DNA of 64,000 nucleotides from Pyrinomonadaceae bacterium (GTDB taxonomy: Bacteria; Acidobacteriota; Blastocatellia; Pyrinomonadales; Pyrinomonadaceae), in the NCBI GenBank assembly GCA_039933315.1, contig JBDTOI010000002.1, positions 992 through 64,991 of the forward strand, given 5' to 3'. Both the position numbers and the translations under genes were made by a program. Below, piece by piece: positions 27,091-35,725 of the stretch. Under the pieces are notes generated by a model. The model saw only the letters and a list, made by a program, of their open reading frames with translations. It did not search any database and was not told the DNA's origin. Each line of letters begins with the position of its first letter. Positions within the stretch are counted from its first letter, which is position 1.

Positions 27091-29052
27091 TCAACTTGAA
27101 CCCCCACTCAGCTTGTCCATGAATTCCCGCTGCCACAACTCTAACGTCAGCAGTTGAAAAACTTGCAAAGGAAAGTCCTCACGTCCCGAAAGATTTGCGT
27201 CAATAATCTGCCGCACTGCAGCCGGGCGGAACAATCCACGTCTTCTGACAGTTTCCTCGGATAGTAGATCTTCCACCAGAGGCTTCAGCGGACCGCGCAG
27301 CCAGGCGCGTATCGGAGCGCCAAACCCCGCCTTCTTGCGCCAGACAACGTCTTTGGGCAAAAGCTTCTCCGCCGCGCGCTTCAGAATGTATTTACGTTTC
27401 AATCCCCGCAGTTTAAGGTTCGGTGGCATCCGCGCCGCAAGGTCCATTAATTCGTGGTTAAGAAAGGGCACGCGCACTTCAAGGTTCGCGGCCATCGAAG
27501 TCTTGTCCGTATAGGCAAGATTAAGACACGGCAGAAACGTTTTCAGGTCAACATATAGAAGCTGATTGAGCGGGTCGGCGTTTTTTACACGGGCAAAATA
27601 GCGGCGGTGCTCGCGATAAGCATCCATGCCGCTCGTGGCCTGCTGCGTCTCTTCAGTGAAGATCTGTTGCTTCATCTCCGGCGTGAAATAAGTGCCGAAA
27701 CCAAGGTAGCGGTCTTCAAAATCAAGGGCCGCACTTCGCGCAAATTTCTTGGCGTTGCGCAAAGGGCCGGTCAGTTTTCCCGGCCGCCCGCCCGGTAGAG
27801 TATCGGCGATTACATTCATCAAAGGCCGGCGCAAGAAGCCGGGAGCGGGATCGAGCGCGCCGGCAATCCGCATCGCCATATGCCGCGGGTAGCCGGCAAA
27901 CACTTCGTCACCACCCATTCCGGAAAGCATGACTTTTAATGTTTCACGCGCGGCTTGCGAGATTAAGAAACTTGAAAGCATGGCCGGATCGGCGAGGGGT
28001 TCATCCGCATGGTAGATGAGCTTTGGTAACAGCGTGGCCACATCCGCTTGCAACATGATCTCGTGATAATCAGTTTGCAGCAGGTCACTGACCCGACGGG
28101 CCCAGACCACGTCGTCAGGCACAATATCGTAGTGCAGGTCCTCGGCCGCCATGCCGACGGTGTAGGTCGAGACGCTCTTCCCATTACTATGACGCTTCAT
28201 CAACGCGACAATCGATGACGAGTCAACGCCGCCGGAAAGAAACGATCCCAGGGGAACATCCGCCACCATCTCAAGCTTTACCACGCGATCGAGAGTCTCG
28301 AGCACACGATCGCGCCACCAGCTTTCGCTCCTGCCCTCCGCGATCTCGTCAAACGAAATGTCCCACCATTCGATTAGGTTGATGCGACCGTCCTGCACCG
28401 TCAGGAAGTGGCCGGGCGGTAATTTCCAGATGTTTTCAAAGAGCGTGTGGGGATCCGGCGTCCAAAGGAAAGTCAGGTATTGATTGAGCGCCTCGAAGTT
28501 CAGGCTGGCTCGAACGAGACCGGTAGCGAGGATGGCCTTTACCTCAGAAGCGAAGGCAAACGAATCAGTGGCGCCGCTTGTGCCCTTGATCGACGAATAG
28601 TAAAGCGGTTTGATTCCGACGCGGTCGCGGGCGAGCGTGAGGGTCCTCTTCTCGTTGTCCCAAACAGCGAACGCGAACATTCCGTTGAGGCGCTGCAGGC
28701 AATTGGTGCCCCATTCGGCAAACGCGGTCAGCAGGACTTCCGTGTCCGTTTCAGTGTGAAACGGATAGCCCTTTGATCTGAGTTCCTCTCGCAGCTCCCG
28801 GTAGTTATAAATCTCGCCGCCGAAAGTGATGACATAGCGGCCGTCAGCGGAAAACATCGGCTGATGACCGGCGCTGCTGGTATCGATGATGGCCAGCCGG
28901 CGATGTCCCAGGGTCACCCGCGCCCCCTGGTCGTCTATTACTTCCGAAGTCCAAACCCCTTCGTCGTCGCGTCCGCGGTGCTCAATGCTCTGAAGCATCG
29001 CGCCCACCTGTGGTTCCGGATTTAAGCTGATGAGTCCCGCAATGCCGCACAT
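27091..29052 (-). CDS. asnB: asparagine synthase (glutamine-hydrolysing) family amidotransferase
   Basis: N-terminal nucleophile 'MCGIAGL'. PP-loop 'SFLSGGVDSSSI'. Its location in a glycan locus suggests a sugar or uronate amidotransferase role (inference). Confidence 0.85.
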   Translation of the reverse strand: MCGIAGLISLNPEPQVGAMLQSIEHRGRDDEGVWTSEVIDDQGARVTLGHRRLAIIDTSSAGHQPMFSADGRYVITFGGEIYNYRELREELRSKGYPFHTETDTEVLLTAFAEWGTNCLQRLNGMFAFAVWDNEKRTLTLARDRVGIKPLYYSSIKGTSGATDSFAFASEVKAILATGLVRASLNFEALNQYLTFLWTPDPHTLFENIWKLPPGHFLTVQDGRINLIEWWDISFDEIAEGRSESWWRDRVLETLDRVVKLEMVADVPLGSFLSGGVDSSSIVALMKRHSNGKSVSTYTVGMAAEDLHYDIVPDDVVWARRVSDLLQTDYHEIMLQADVATLLPKLIYHADEPLADPAMLSSFLISQAARETLKVMLSGMGGDEVFAGYPRHMAMRIAGALDPAPGFLRRPLMNVIADTLPGGRPGKLTGPLRNAKKFARSAALDFEDRYLGFGTYFTPEMKQQIFTEETQQATSGMDAYREHRRYFARVKNADPLNQLLYVDLKTFLPCLNLAYTDKTSMAANLEVRVPFLNHELMDLAARMPPNLKLRGLKRKYILKRAAEKLLPKDVVWRKKAGFGAPIRAWLRGPLKPLVEDLLSEETVRRRGLFRPAAVRQIIDANLSGREDFPLQVFQLLTLELWQREFMDKLSGGSS

Positions 29053-29079
29053 AAAAGTAATGTCTGAATAGAATCGGGC

Positions 29080-29272
29080 TCGACGCGCAGCGTCGACATG
29101 AATTTAGCCCGGCCTTTCAAGGCCGGGAAAGCTCAAGCCATGAATTTGCGTCGCTTAGCGACGCCTGAAAGTGGCGCTCAGTTCAATCGTCGCTACGCGA
29201 CGCTAGTAGCGAATGCTCTTTGAACCCGGCCTTGAAAGGCCGGGCTAAATTCATACCGACGCTACGCGTCGA
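29080..29272. repeat. family-C MITE/REP-like palindromic element
   Basis: 48-bp terminal inverted repeat with 3 mismatches (29080-29127 vs 29225-29272). It contains hairpins CCCGGCCT-TTCA-AGGCCGGG and CCCGGCCT-TGAA-AGGCCGGG. Confidence 0.9.
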
Positions 29273-29291
29273 AACACCCTTGTACGAGAAG

Positions 29292-30200
29292 TTAAGCCTT
29301 TTTCTTCGCATAAATCCAAAGGTGCCACCCCCAGCGCGCCGCCAGCCGCGATTCAAATGAACGCGGGAGAACACTTCCTAACAGCGGCAACCAGCGCTTA
29401 TTAAAAAAGTGGGCCTGCAACTTCACGTCAGCAAAGTCCGCGAAAAGCGCGCGTGCCTCCGCTCGCGAATAGGCTCTCGCCAGTGGATTGCCCACCCCGT
29501 CAGTGTTCTGGCTGAGAAACTCATCCGCTTTCAAATAAGACTGCTTCTCTGTCTGCAGAAGTTTGGCATGCTCGCGCAGCGACTCCAGCGGTTCCCCCGT
29601 CAGGCGGTGGACCAGCTTGATTCCTGATTCCCAGTTTAGTAACTGCGCTCCAGCTCTTCGCAGAATAGAGATGTTAATGCGGTAATTATAAGAATCGCGA
29701 TGATAGAGCATGACTATCGCGCGGCCGCCTGGACGGAGCACTCGATGGACTTCGTTGATGGCCTTTTGCGTGTCCGGGGTGTGATGCAGCACGCCGTGAG
29801 AGTAAACCAGATCGAAACTTTCATCCTTGAAATCGAGGTTCTCAGCGTCGGCCGTGGCGAATGTTCCATTAAGATTGAACAGCTCAAACCGTTTGCGGGC
29901 CAACTCAACAGCCGCGTCGGTAAGATCGACTCCGGTGTAATCCGCGCCTGCTTCGGCAAACTGCGCCCCGTCAGTTCCCAGTCCACAGCCGATTTCCAGG
30001 ACCTTCAGCCCCCGCGCACCGGCAAAACCGGCCGCCATGGGAATGTGCCACTCTGTTGTGTAGCGATGCGCCTCGACCAATTCGTAGAAACGGCGCGTCC
30101 CCGGTTCAGCGTCGGCAAACTTGATCCCGCAGGGATTCGCTTGCCAGAAAGCCCGGACCCGTTCCTTGAGAGTAGCGTTTTGTTGCGACATCAACAGCAA
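29292..30200 (-). CDS. class I SAM-dependent methyltransferase
   Basis: Motif I 'VLEIGCGLGTDG', then 'LRPGGRAIV'. Confidence 0.8.
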   Translation of the reverse strand: MLLMSQQNATLKERVRAFWQANPCGIKFADAEPGTRRFYELVEAHRYTTEWHIPMAAGFAGARGLKVLEIGCGLGTDGAQFAEAGADYTGVDLTDAAVELARKRFELFNLNGTFATADAENLDFKDESFDLVYSHGVLHHTPDTQKAINEVHRVLRPGGRAIVMLYHRDSYNYRINISILRRAGAQLLNWESGIKLVHRLTGEPLESLREHAKLLQTEKQSYLKADEFLSQNTDGVGNPLARAYSRAEARALFADFADVKLQAHFFNKRWLPLLGSVLPRSFESRLAARWGWHLWIYAKKKA

Positions 30201-30215
30201 GACCTGGGGGTGCGA

Positions 30216-31328
30216 CTACGCGGCTGGTTCCGCCTTTGCGGCGATGAGTTCGCGATAAATAGATAGATATTCCGGGGCTACAATTTCTGCCGTGAACTGT
30301 TGCGCCAATTTGCGATTCTGCAATGCCATGGCTGATCGAAGGTCGGGATCCCCCACCAATTGTTGTATCTGCCGGGCAAGCATTTCGGGGTTCTTCGGCT
30401 CGACCCAGAAACAATTTTCGGGTTCACGCAAGTAATCCGCAGCCGCGCGTATCCTGGTGGTGACAATCGGCAAACCATTGGCAGCGGCATTGAAGATAAC
30501 CATGGGAAAGCCTTCGATATGATAGGTCGGAAAGAGCAACAGGTCGCTATTCGCGTAAAACTGTCGTGTGTCTTCTTCCGGGATGTAGCCAAAAAAGCGA
30601 ACCCACGGTTGCAGCTGGTGCTTTGCCACCAGGGCTTCCGCTTCAGCGCGCTGCGGCCCATCGCCCACACACAATAATAGAAAGTTCTGGCCGGCGTCGC
30701 GGCAAAGGCCGCACGCCAGAATCACATCCAGTAATCCCTTCGCCGGAATGAAGCGACCTATGAACAGCAACAACGGCCGGTCAACGGGCAAATTCCACTG
30801 CCGCAGGAATTCCGGGTTGCGCTGGGCTGTGTTTACCTCAACAACATTCTTTACGACAAAGACCTTGTTTTCCGGAACACCTGCGCGCAGGAAGTTTTCT
30901 CGTTCCTCGGATGACAGCACGCCGATGCCGTCAGCGCGAGATAACACGCGGCGAATCAAGACTGCCAGCGCGGGATTACTCCTCTCCAACAGGCTGCCAT
31001 CAGAACCATGAAACTTGAGGAACACCTTTGTCCGTTTGACACGAAGGCGGGGAACAATCGCGGCATCGCGCAACAGTGCCCTGGTGTCGAAGGAAGTGTT
31101 TATGTGAACCAGATCGAAATCGCTTTGGCGCAGGCGATTGCGAAAAACGCGCGCAGTCTTTAGCACTCGCTCGGCCCTGGAACCGAACCCCACGTTTACT
31201 TTCGCGTAAACATAGACTTCTTCTTCGACCTCATGGCCCAATCGTCGCAGCTCATCAATGAACGGGGGCTCACAGGCAGCGGGACCGCCCTGAGCTCCCT
31301 GTTCCGGCATGCCAACTAATATCCGCAC
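30216..31328 (-). CDS. glycosyltransferase family 4 (GT-B)
   Basis: GTG start 'MRILVG'. C-terminal 'SDLLLFPTYHIEGFPMVIFNAAANGLPIV' (EX7E-like region). Confidence 0.8.
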   Translation of the reverse strand: MRILVGMPEQGAQGGPAACEPPFIDELRRLGHEVEEEVYVYAKVNVGFGSRAERVLKTARVFRNRLRQSDFDLVHINTSFDTRALLRDAAIVPRLRVKRTKVFLKFHGSDGSLLERSNPALAVLIRRVLSRADGIGVLSSEERENFLRAGVPENKVFVVKNVVEVNTAQRNPEFLRQWNLPVDRPLLLFIGRFIPAKGLLDVILACGLCRDAGQNFLLLCVGDGPQRAEAEALVAKHQLQPWVRFFGYIPEEDTRQFYANSDLLLFPTYHIEGFPMVIFNAAANGLPIVTTRIRAAADYLREPENCFWVEPKNPEMLARQIQQLVGDPDLRSAMALQNRKLAQQFTAEIVAPEYLSIYRELIAAKAEPAA

Positions 31329-31342
31329 GAGATCGTCTCTCC

Positions 31343-31412
31343 AGAGATCAGAGGTCAGAGATCGGAGGTCAGAGGTCGGAGGTCAGAGATCAGAAGTCAG
31401 AGATCAGAAAGT
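31343..31412. repeat. degenerate heptanucleotide tandem array (AGAGRTC)x10
   Basis: Ten consecutive 7-nt units: AGAGATC AGAGGTC AGAGATC GGAGGTC AGAGGTC GGAGGTC AGAGATC AGAAGTC AGAGATC AGAAAGT. 31439-31453 is the exact reverse complement of 31371-31385. Confidence 0.9.
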
Positions 31413-31451
31413 GACGCGCTTTGGAGTTGTCTTTTCACTGACCTCCGACCT

Positions 31452-32165
31452 CTATTCGGCGAGCACCAGCAAAGAATATCCGCCCAGCGCGCGCGCCACG
31501 AAATCCTGGTTGATTTTGGCAAGCACTCTTCGCGGCAGGCTGGCCAGCTTCGCCTTAACACTGCGCGGATGATCAAGGGCGCCATCAGTGTAAACCGTAT
31601 CCAACACCGTATAGCCCGTATCGCGCAGCGTGGCGAGGGCTGTCTCTTTCATAAAGTAATGAAGGTGCCCCGCCTGGTCCCTCTCCTTCAGAATGGGCCG
31701 TCCGCGCAATACCCACTGAGCTGACATGTCCAAAGGAATATGAAAAATCTTATGACGTGCTTTGTCTCGCATGGCTGCCAGGAAACTCATGTAGTTTTGC
31801 ACATGCTCAAACACGTCAATGCAAAGCAATAGATCGAAGTGCGGGGCAACGGCCGTAAGCAGGTCTTCGCAGTAGAAGTGAAGCCGCTCATTGGCCCTTG
31901 GCTGGCAGAGCGAAAATGCCTGTGGCGAAATCTCGTATCCATGGAACTCGGTATCGGCCGGCAGCTGGGATTGAAGCTGGCGCAGAATTTCGCCGGCCCC
32001 GCAGCCGACTTCACAGATCGTTTTTGGCTCAAGCCCATGCCTTTCAATCAGTTTGAGAATCTGCTGTGCCTTCCACGACGAATCTTCGACGTGGTAAGTG
32101 GGGTTCTTGTCCACATATTCGCCGGTTTGATAGATGCTCTGGTTGTTAGTCGCCACTTGATTCAC
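31452..32165 (-). CDS. class I SAM-dependent methyltransferase
   Basis: Motif I 'ICEVGCGAGEIL'. 4-nt overlap with the upstream methyltransferase gene. Confidence 0.78.
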   Translation of the reverse strand: MNQVATNNQSIYQTGEYVDKNPTYHVEDSSWKAQQILKLIERHGLEPKTICEVGCGAGEILRQLQSQLPADTEFHGYEISPQAFSLCQPRANERLHFYCEDLLTAVAPHFDLLLCIDVFEHVQNYMSFLAAMRDKARHKIFHIPLDMSAQWVLRGRPILKERDQAGHLHYFMKETALATLRDTGYTVLDTVYTDGALDHPRSVKAKLASLPRRVLAKINQDFVARALGGYSLLVLAE

Positions 32166-32992
32166 TTTGTTCCCACAAGCTTTATACCCAGGATCAATTT
32201 CAATGGTAACCCGCGCGCGATTGTTCTTCCCAGTCGCCGCGGCACCTTCGCCAGGATCGATTCCAATGCGCCGACGAACTGAACCGGGATCGTTAAATGA
32301 AGGCCCCTGGCGCCGGCCAGCACTTCTACTTTGCGAAATCCGGCTGTGCGGAACAACTGCGAGAGTTCCCGGGCCGAATACTCCCTGAGGTGAAAACCGG
32401 TAGGAACGTCGTCGAAATAGCTCGAAACGTCATGCGGTCCGGAAAGCCGGTTTGGAGTAATACAGATGTAGACGCCCCCCGGCGCCAGGGCGCGATAAAC
32501 GTTTTGCAGTTGGTCCGCGGCGTCGTCCGGATGCAGGTGCTCCATGAGTTGATCGCTGTAGGCGATATTGACACTGTTATCGGGAACGGGAACACTGGAT
32601 CCATCAGAGATAATGAGTTCCAAATTCTGGGGTAGTTCAATCGCCCTAGTGATCTCTCCGGACACATCAACAACAGAGACTTTTCGCACATGCTTAGCCA
32701 CCTCGATTGCCAGCGAACAAGCGCCAGGGCCTAATTCAAGGTAGGTCGAAGTTGGCGTGAGATAACCTTGTAATAGAGCGAGCCGTTCGCTGACCTCCTG
32801 CGCTCGTTCTTCCGGTTGTATTGCCAGCTGCGGATGATCGGGAACTCTGCGAAACAGTTCGTCATAGACTTCAGTGTAGAGGTTTCTCCGTTCTTCTTTG
32901 GTTGCTGTGCGCAAGCGCGCGGCGAGTTCCTTTTCGATGAGGTAATGCTGGGTGATTGCGTCGGAGGATCGGGCTTTATTTGTCTTGGGCAT
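32162..32992 (-). CDS. class I SAM-dependent methyltransferase
   Basis: Motif I 'YLELGPGACSLAIEV', then 'LAPGGVYICITP'. ATG at 32992 (MPKTNK) is preferred; the track start at 33004 is a TTG inside repeat D1. Confidence 0.78.
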   Translation of the reverse strand: MPKTNKARSSDAITQHYLIEKELAARLRTATKEERRNLYTEVYDELFRRVPDHPQLAIQPEERAQEVSERLALLQGYLTPTSTYLELGPGACSLAIEVAKHVRKVSVVDVSGEITRAIELPQNLELIISDGSSVPVPDNSVNIAYSDQLMEHLHPDDAADQLQNVYRALAPGGVYICITPNRLSGPHDVSSYFDDVPTGFHLREYSARELSQLFRTAGFRKVEVLAGARGLHLTIPVQFVGALESILAKVPRRLGRTIARGLPLKLILGIKLVGTK

Positions 32993-33000
32993 TGCTTTGG

Positions 33001-33245
33001 ACAAAAAGTCAGACTCAAACGAGTCCGCGAAGCGGACGGACGAAAATAGCCCAGCAGTTCACTGCTGGGGCTCAGGTTAAAGGGCGATTGCAAGTCCGTG
33101 AAACGGACGGCTGAAATCTCATAATTAAAGCCATAGTGACCAAGTCAGCCGTCCGTTTCACGGACTGCATCTGCGTAAGCTCGTCTTCTTCCCAGCGATG
33201 AATCGCTGGGCTATTGTCTTTCGTCCGCTATCGCGGACTTTTTGT
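33001..33245. repeat. family-D MITE/REP-like palindromic element (copy D1)
   Basis: Arms ACAAAAAGTC..CGCGAAGCGGAC..AATAGCCCAGCAGTTCACTGCTGGG and the inverse copy at 33191-33245. Inner hairpins GTCCGTGAAACGGAC / GTCCGTTTCACGGAC. Confidence 0.88.
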
Positions 33246-33300
33246 GCAAAGCCCTTGGGCACAGTACGTTTTTGAGGCCTCCCTGACGGCCGGGCTTCTG

Positions 33301-34497
33301 TTAGCGTCGGCGCAGGCCGAGAATGCTGAGAAAGAAGCTGGAGAACAGGGTCTGACAGCCAACCGTCAGCGAGGTTACGGCGGGTATGACAATACGCATC
33401 GTCCGCGCCGGGTCGAGGTTGCCAAATGATAGCTGGTCCCAGAACCAGTATGCATAAACAGAGCCAGCCAGGCCGGCGAGTATCAAAATAATTGCCACCA
33501 CCACACCGACCTCCAGGGTCACGTAGCGATATGCCCGCTCGAGCCGCTGGTCCCTGGGCAGCAGTCCTTCACTGATCGCGAACACCTTTGTGAATACGGC
33601 AAAGAGGATCGACTGGAACCCTATGACGATCGCGACGGCTGCGTAAAGCAGTGTGTGCACATCAAAGGTCACGCCGCCCACGACGAACGGCCCTGGCACC
33701 AACCAGAGCATCGCGACCAATCCGATCATCATGAGCAGGGTCCCCGGGTAGAGAAAGAGCCAGCGCGGGCTGTAAAGCAGAAGGAAGCGCAAATGACGCC
33801 AACCGTCTCGCCAACTTCGCAGATGTGGCGGACGGCTGCGCCCGTCCGGCGAAAGCGTGGTTGGCACTTCCGAGATTTTCAATCCCTGCAAAGTCGCTTT
33901 CACCACCATTTCACTCGCGAACTCCATCCCGGTCGTTTGGAGATCGAGTTTCATCACAGCGGCTTTGCTGAACCCGCGCAGGCCGCAATGAAAGTCCCCA
34001 CAGGGACTATGGAAGAACAGCCGTCCAATTGTCGTCAGGACTGGATTCCCGAGATAGCGATGCAGTGGCGGCATGGCGCCTCGTCTTATTCCACCCAGGA
34101 AACGGTTCCCCATCACAAGATCATGACCGTCACGTAATTTCGCAATGAATGGCCCGAGCGCACTGAAGTCGTAGCTGTCATCAGCGTCGCCCATGATCAC
34201 GTATTTGCCACTAGCCGCGGTGATACCGGCCATCAAAGCGCTGCCGTAACCTTTGGTTGGCACGTTGACCACACGGGCGCCAAGCTGCCTCGCAATGTCC
34301 TGCGAGCCATCAGTGCTGCCATTGTCGGCAATAATGATCTCGCCCGCTACATGGTTTTCCGCTAGTGAGTCTTTCGCCTTCTGAATGCAGGCGGCCAGCG
34401 TCTCTGCTTCATTCAGGCAGGGCATGACTATGGAAAGCTCCACAGTGGTGTGGTTATCTCCCGGAATGGCCTGGGCTGCGCTTGTGTCCATGGTCAA
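33301..34497 (-). CDS. GT2 polyprenyl-phosphate glycosyltransferase-like (ArnC/GtrB/DPM1-type) with 4 C-terminal TM helices
   Basis: 'LSIVMPCLNEAETL', 'IIADNGSTDGS' and 'GDADDSYD' (DxD), followed by hydrophobic helices. Confidence 0.8.
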   Translation of the reverse strand: MTMDTSAAQAIPGDNHTTVELSIVMPCLNEAETLAACIQKAKDSLAENHVAGEIIIADNGSTDGSQDIARQLGARVVNVPTKGYGSALMAGITAASGKYVIMGDADDSYDFSALGPFIAKLRDGHDLVMGNRFLGGIRRGAMPPLHRYLGNPVLTTIGRLFFHSPCGDFHCGLRGFSKAAVMKLDLQTTGMEFASEMVVKATLQGLKISEVPTTLSPDGRSRPPHLRSWRDGWRHLRFLLLYSPRWLFLYPGTLLMMIGLVAMLWLVPGPFVVGGVTFDVHTLLYAAVAIVIGFQSILFAVFTKVFAISEGLLPRDQRLERAYRYVTLEVGVVVAIILILAGLAGSVYAYWFWDQLSFGNLDPARTMRIVIPAVTSLTVGCQTLFSSFFLSILGLRRR

Positions 34498-34556
34498 AAT
34501 GCACGTGGGCTTTGCACAAGAATTCTTATTTCATGTTCCTTCGTGTAGCTTAATCC

Positions 34557-34607
34557 GATTTCGTGGATCGTATGGCTCCGAGTCCTAAGCACACGATCCA
34601 CGAAATC
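34557..34607. repeat. long intergenic hairpin (15-bp perfect stem)
   Basis: GATTTCGTGGATCGT (34557-34571) / ACGATCCACGAAATC (34593-34607). Weaker extension TTCGTGT/ACACGAA at 34539-34616. Confidence 0.85.
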
Positions 34608-34649
34608 ACACGAAGCAACACGAACCGAAATACTTTTAACCTGGGTCGG

Positions 34650-35657
34650 CTAACGCTCTTGTAAAACCACCTCGCGAAAAATGTCAGCCAGTTTCGGCGC
34701 GCTGGCGCTTACGGAGTAATGCTGTTCGACTACCTGCCTGCCGGCGCTTCCCATTCGCGGGCCCAGTTCGCGCTCGCTGAACAACCGTTTGAGGGCAGCA
34801 TACCAATCATCGCTGGCAGCGGCCGCGAATCCCACCTTACCGTGGTCCAGGATCGCTTCATTGACGCCAACTGGACTGACCACCACCGGAAGGCCGGCTG
34901 ACATGTAGGAAAGCATCTTAAAGCCACACTTCCCGCGCGCCTGCTCTGAATCTTCCAGCGGCATTAGCCCAACATCCATTTGCTGGACCAGGCCCACCTC
35001 ATTGGCCGGGGACCATTGCTCAAATCGCCATTTGTCGTCCGGCAGGTTCTGGAACGAAGGCGCGCGATCGCAGATTACCAACAAGCGTGTCCCGGAGTGC
35101 TCCGCTAAGAACTGGGCCAAAGGCTTTTCGATCTCAGCGAGAAACTTAAGATTAGACCACGATCCGATCCAACCTATGGTCCAGTCCTGATGTACACGTT
35201 GCGCCGGCGGCCTCCATACCTCAGTGTCCACCGAGGTGGGTACCAGCCAAACCCTTGCGCCGGCTCGTTCGTAGTGGTCCGCCAGAAAACGATTACCGGC
35301 GATTACGCCGTCACAATGCCGGGCAATCTCAATTGAGAAGTCGGATTTGTAAGGCAACCAGATGGCATCATCAACATCGAAGACCCGTCTCTTTCCGGCC
35401 GCGGCCTCAAGCGTAAACTTTCCCGAAACCAACTCCCGTCCCAGCCAGGTCACATCGCTAAACCTGGAGGCCAACAGACCCGGAATCCGCAGCGCCTTTG
35501 CCAGTAAAGGCAGGGGCTCGATCTTGTACCGATTGATCAAAGGCCTGTGTTCACCAACTTCTACCCCCAGGCGACTCAGCGGTTCAATGAACTGCCGGAT
35601 ACGAAACCTGCTGGAAGGGTCGACTTTGCTCGCCGTCAGGGCAGTCACCTTGATCAT
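34650..35657 (-). CDS. glycosyltransferase, GT-B fold (GT4/GT1-like)
   Basis: C-terminal 'DVGLMPLEDSEQARGKCGFKMLSYMSAGLPVVVSPVG', a GT-B nucleotide-sugar binding region. Confidence 0.7.
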   Translation of the reverse strand: MIKVTALTASKVDPSSRFRIRQFIEPLSRLGVEVGEHRPLINRYKIEPLPLLAKALRIPGLLASRFSDVTWLGRELVSGKFTLEAAAGKRRVFDVDDAIWLPYKSDFSIEIARHCDGVIAGNRFLADHYERAGARVWLVPTSVDTEVWRPPAQRVHQDWTIGWIGSWSNLKFLAEIEKPLAQFLAEHSGTRLLVICDRAPSFQNLPDDKWRFEQWSPANEVGLVQQMDVGLMPLEDSEQARGKCGFKMLSYMSAGLPVVVSPVGVNEAILDHGKVGFAAAASDDWYAALKRLFSERELGPRMGSAGRQVVEQHYSVSASAPKLADIFREVVLQER

Positions 35658-35725
35658 GGTAGCTGTTGCGCGATCACTGTAGGGGCGTCACTCCGTGGGC
35701 GCCCCTCCGTTTCTTCGTGACACCC

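Noticed and set aside
29183-29374. 63-aa minus-strand ORF
   Set aside because: It is mostly inside repeat C1 and overlaps the methyltransferase 3' end.
31343-31412. Possible CRISPR array, or the dispersed hairpin repeats as CRISPR repeats
   Set aside because: The units are 7 nt with no spacers. The larger palindromic elements are dispersed singly and not in repeat-spacer arrays. No cas genes are present in the window.
31309-31572. 87-aa plus-strand ORF with 'SEVRDRRSEVGGQRSEVRDQ'
   Set aside because: The repetitive peptide is just the heptanucleotide array read in frame. The ORF is antisense to the GT4 start and the methyltransferase end.
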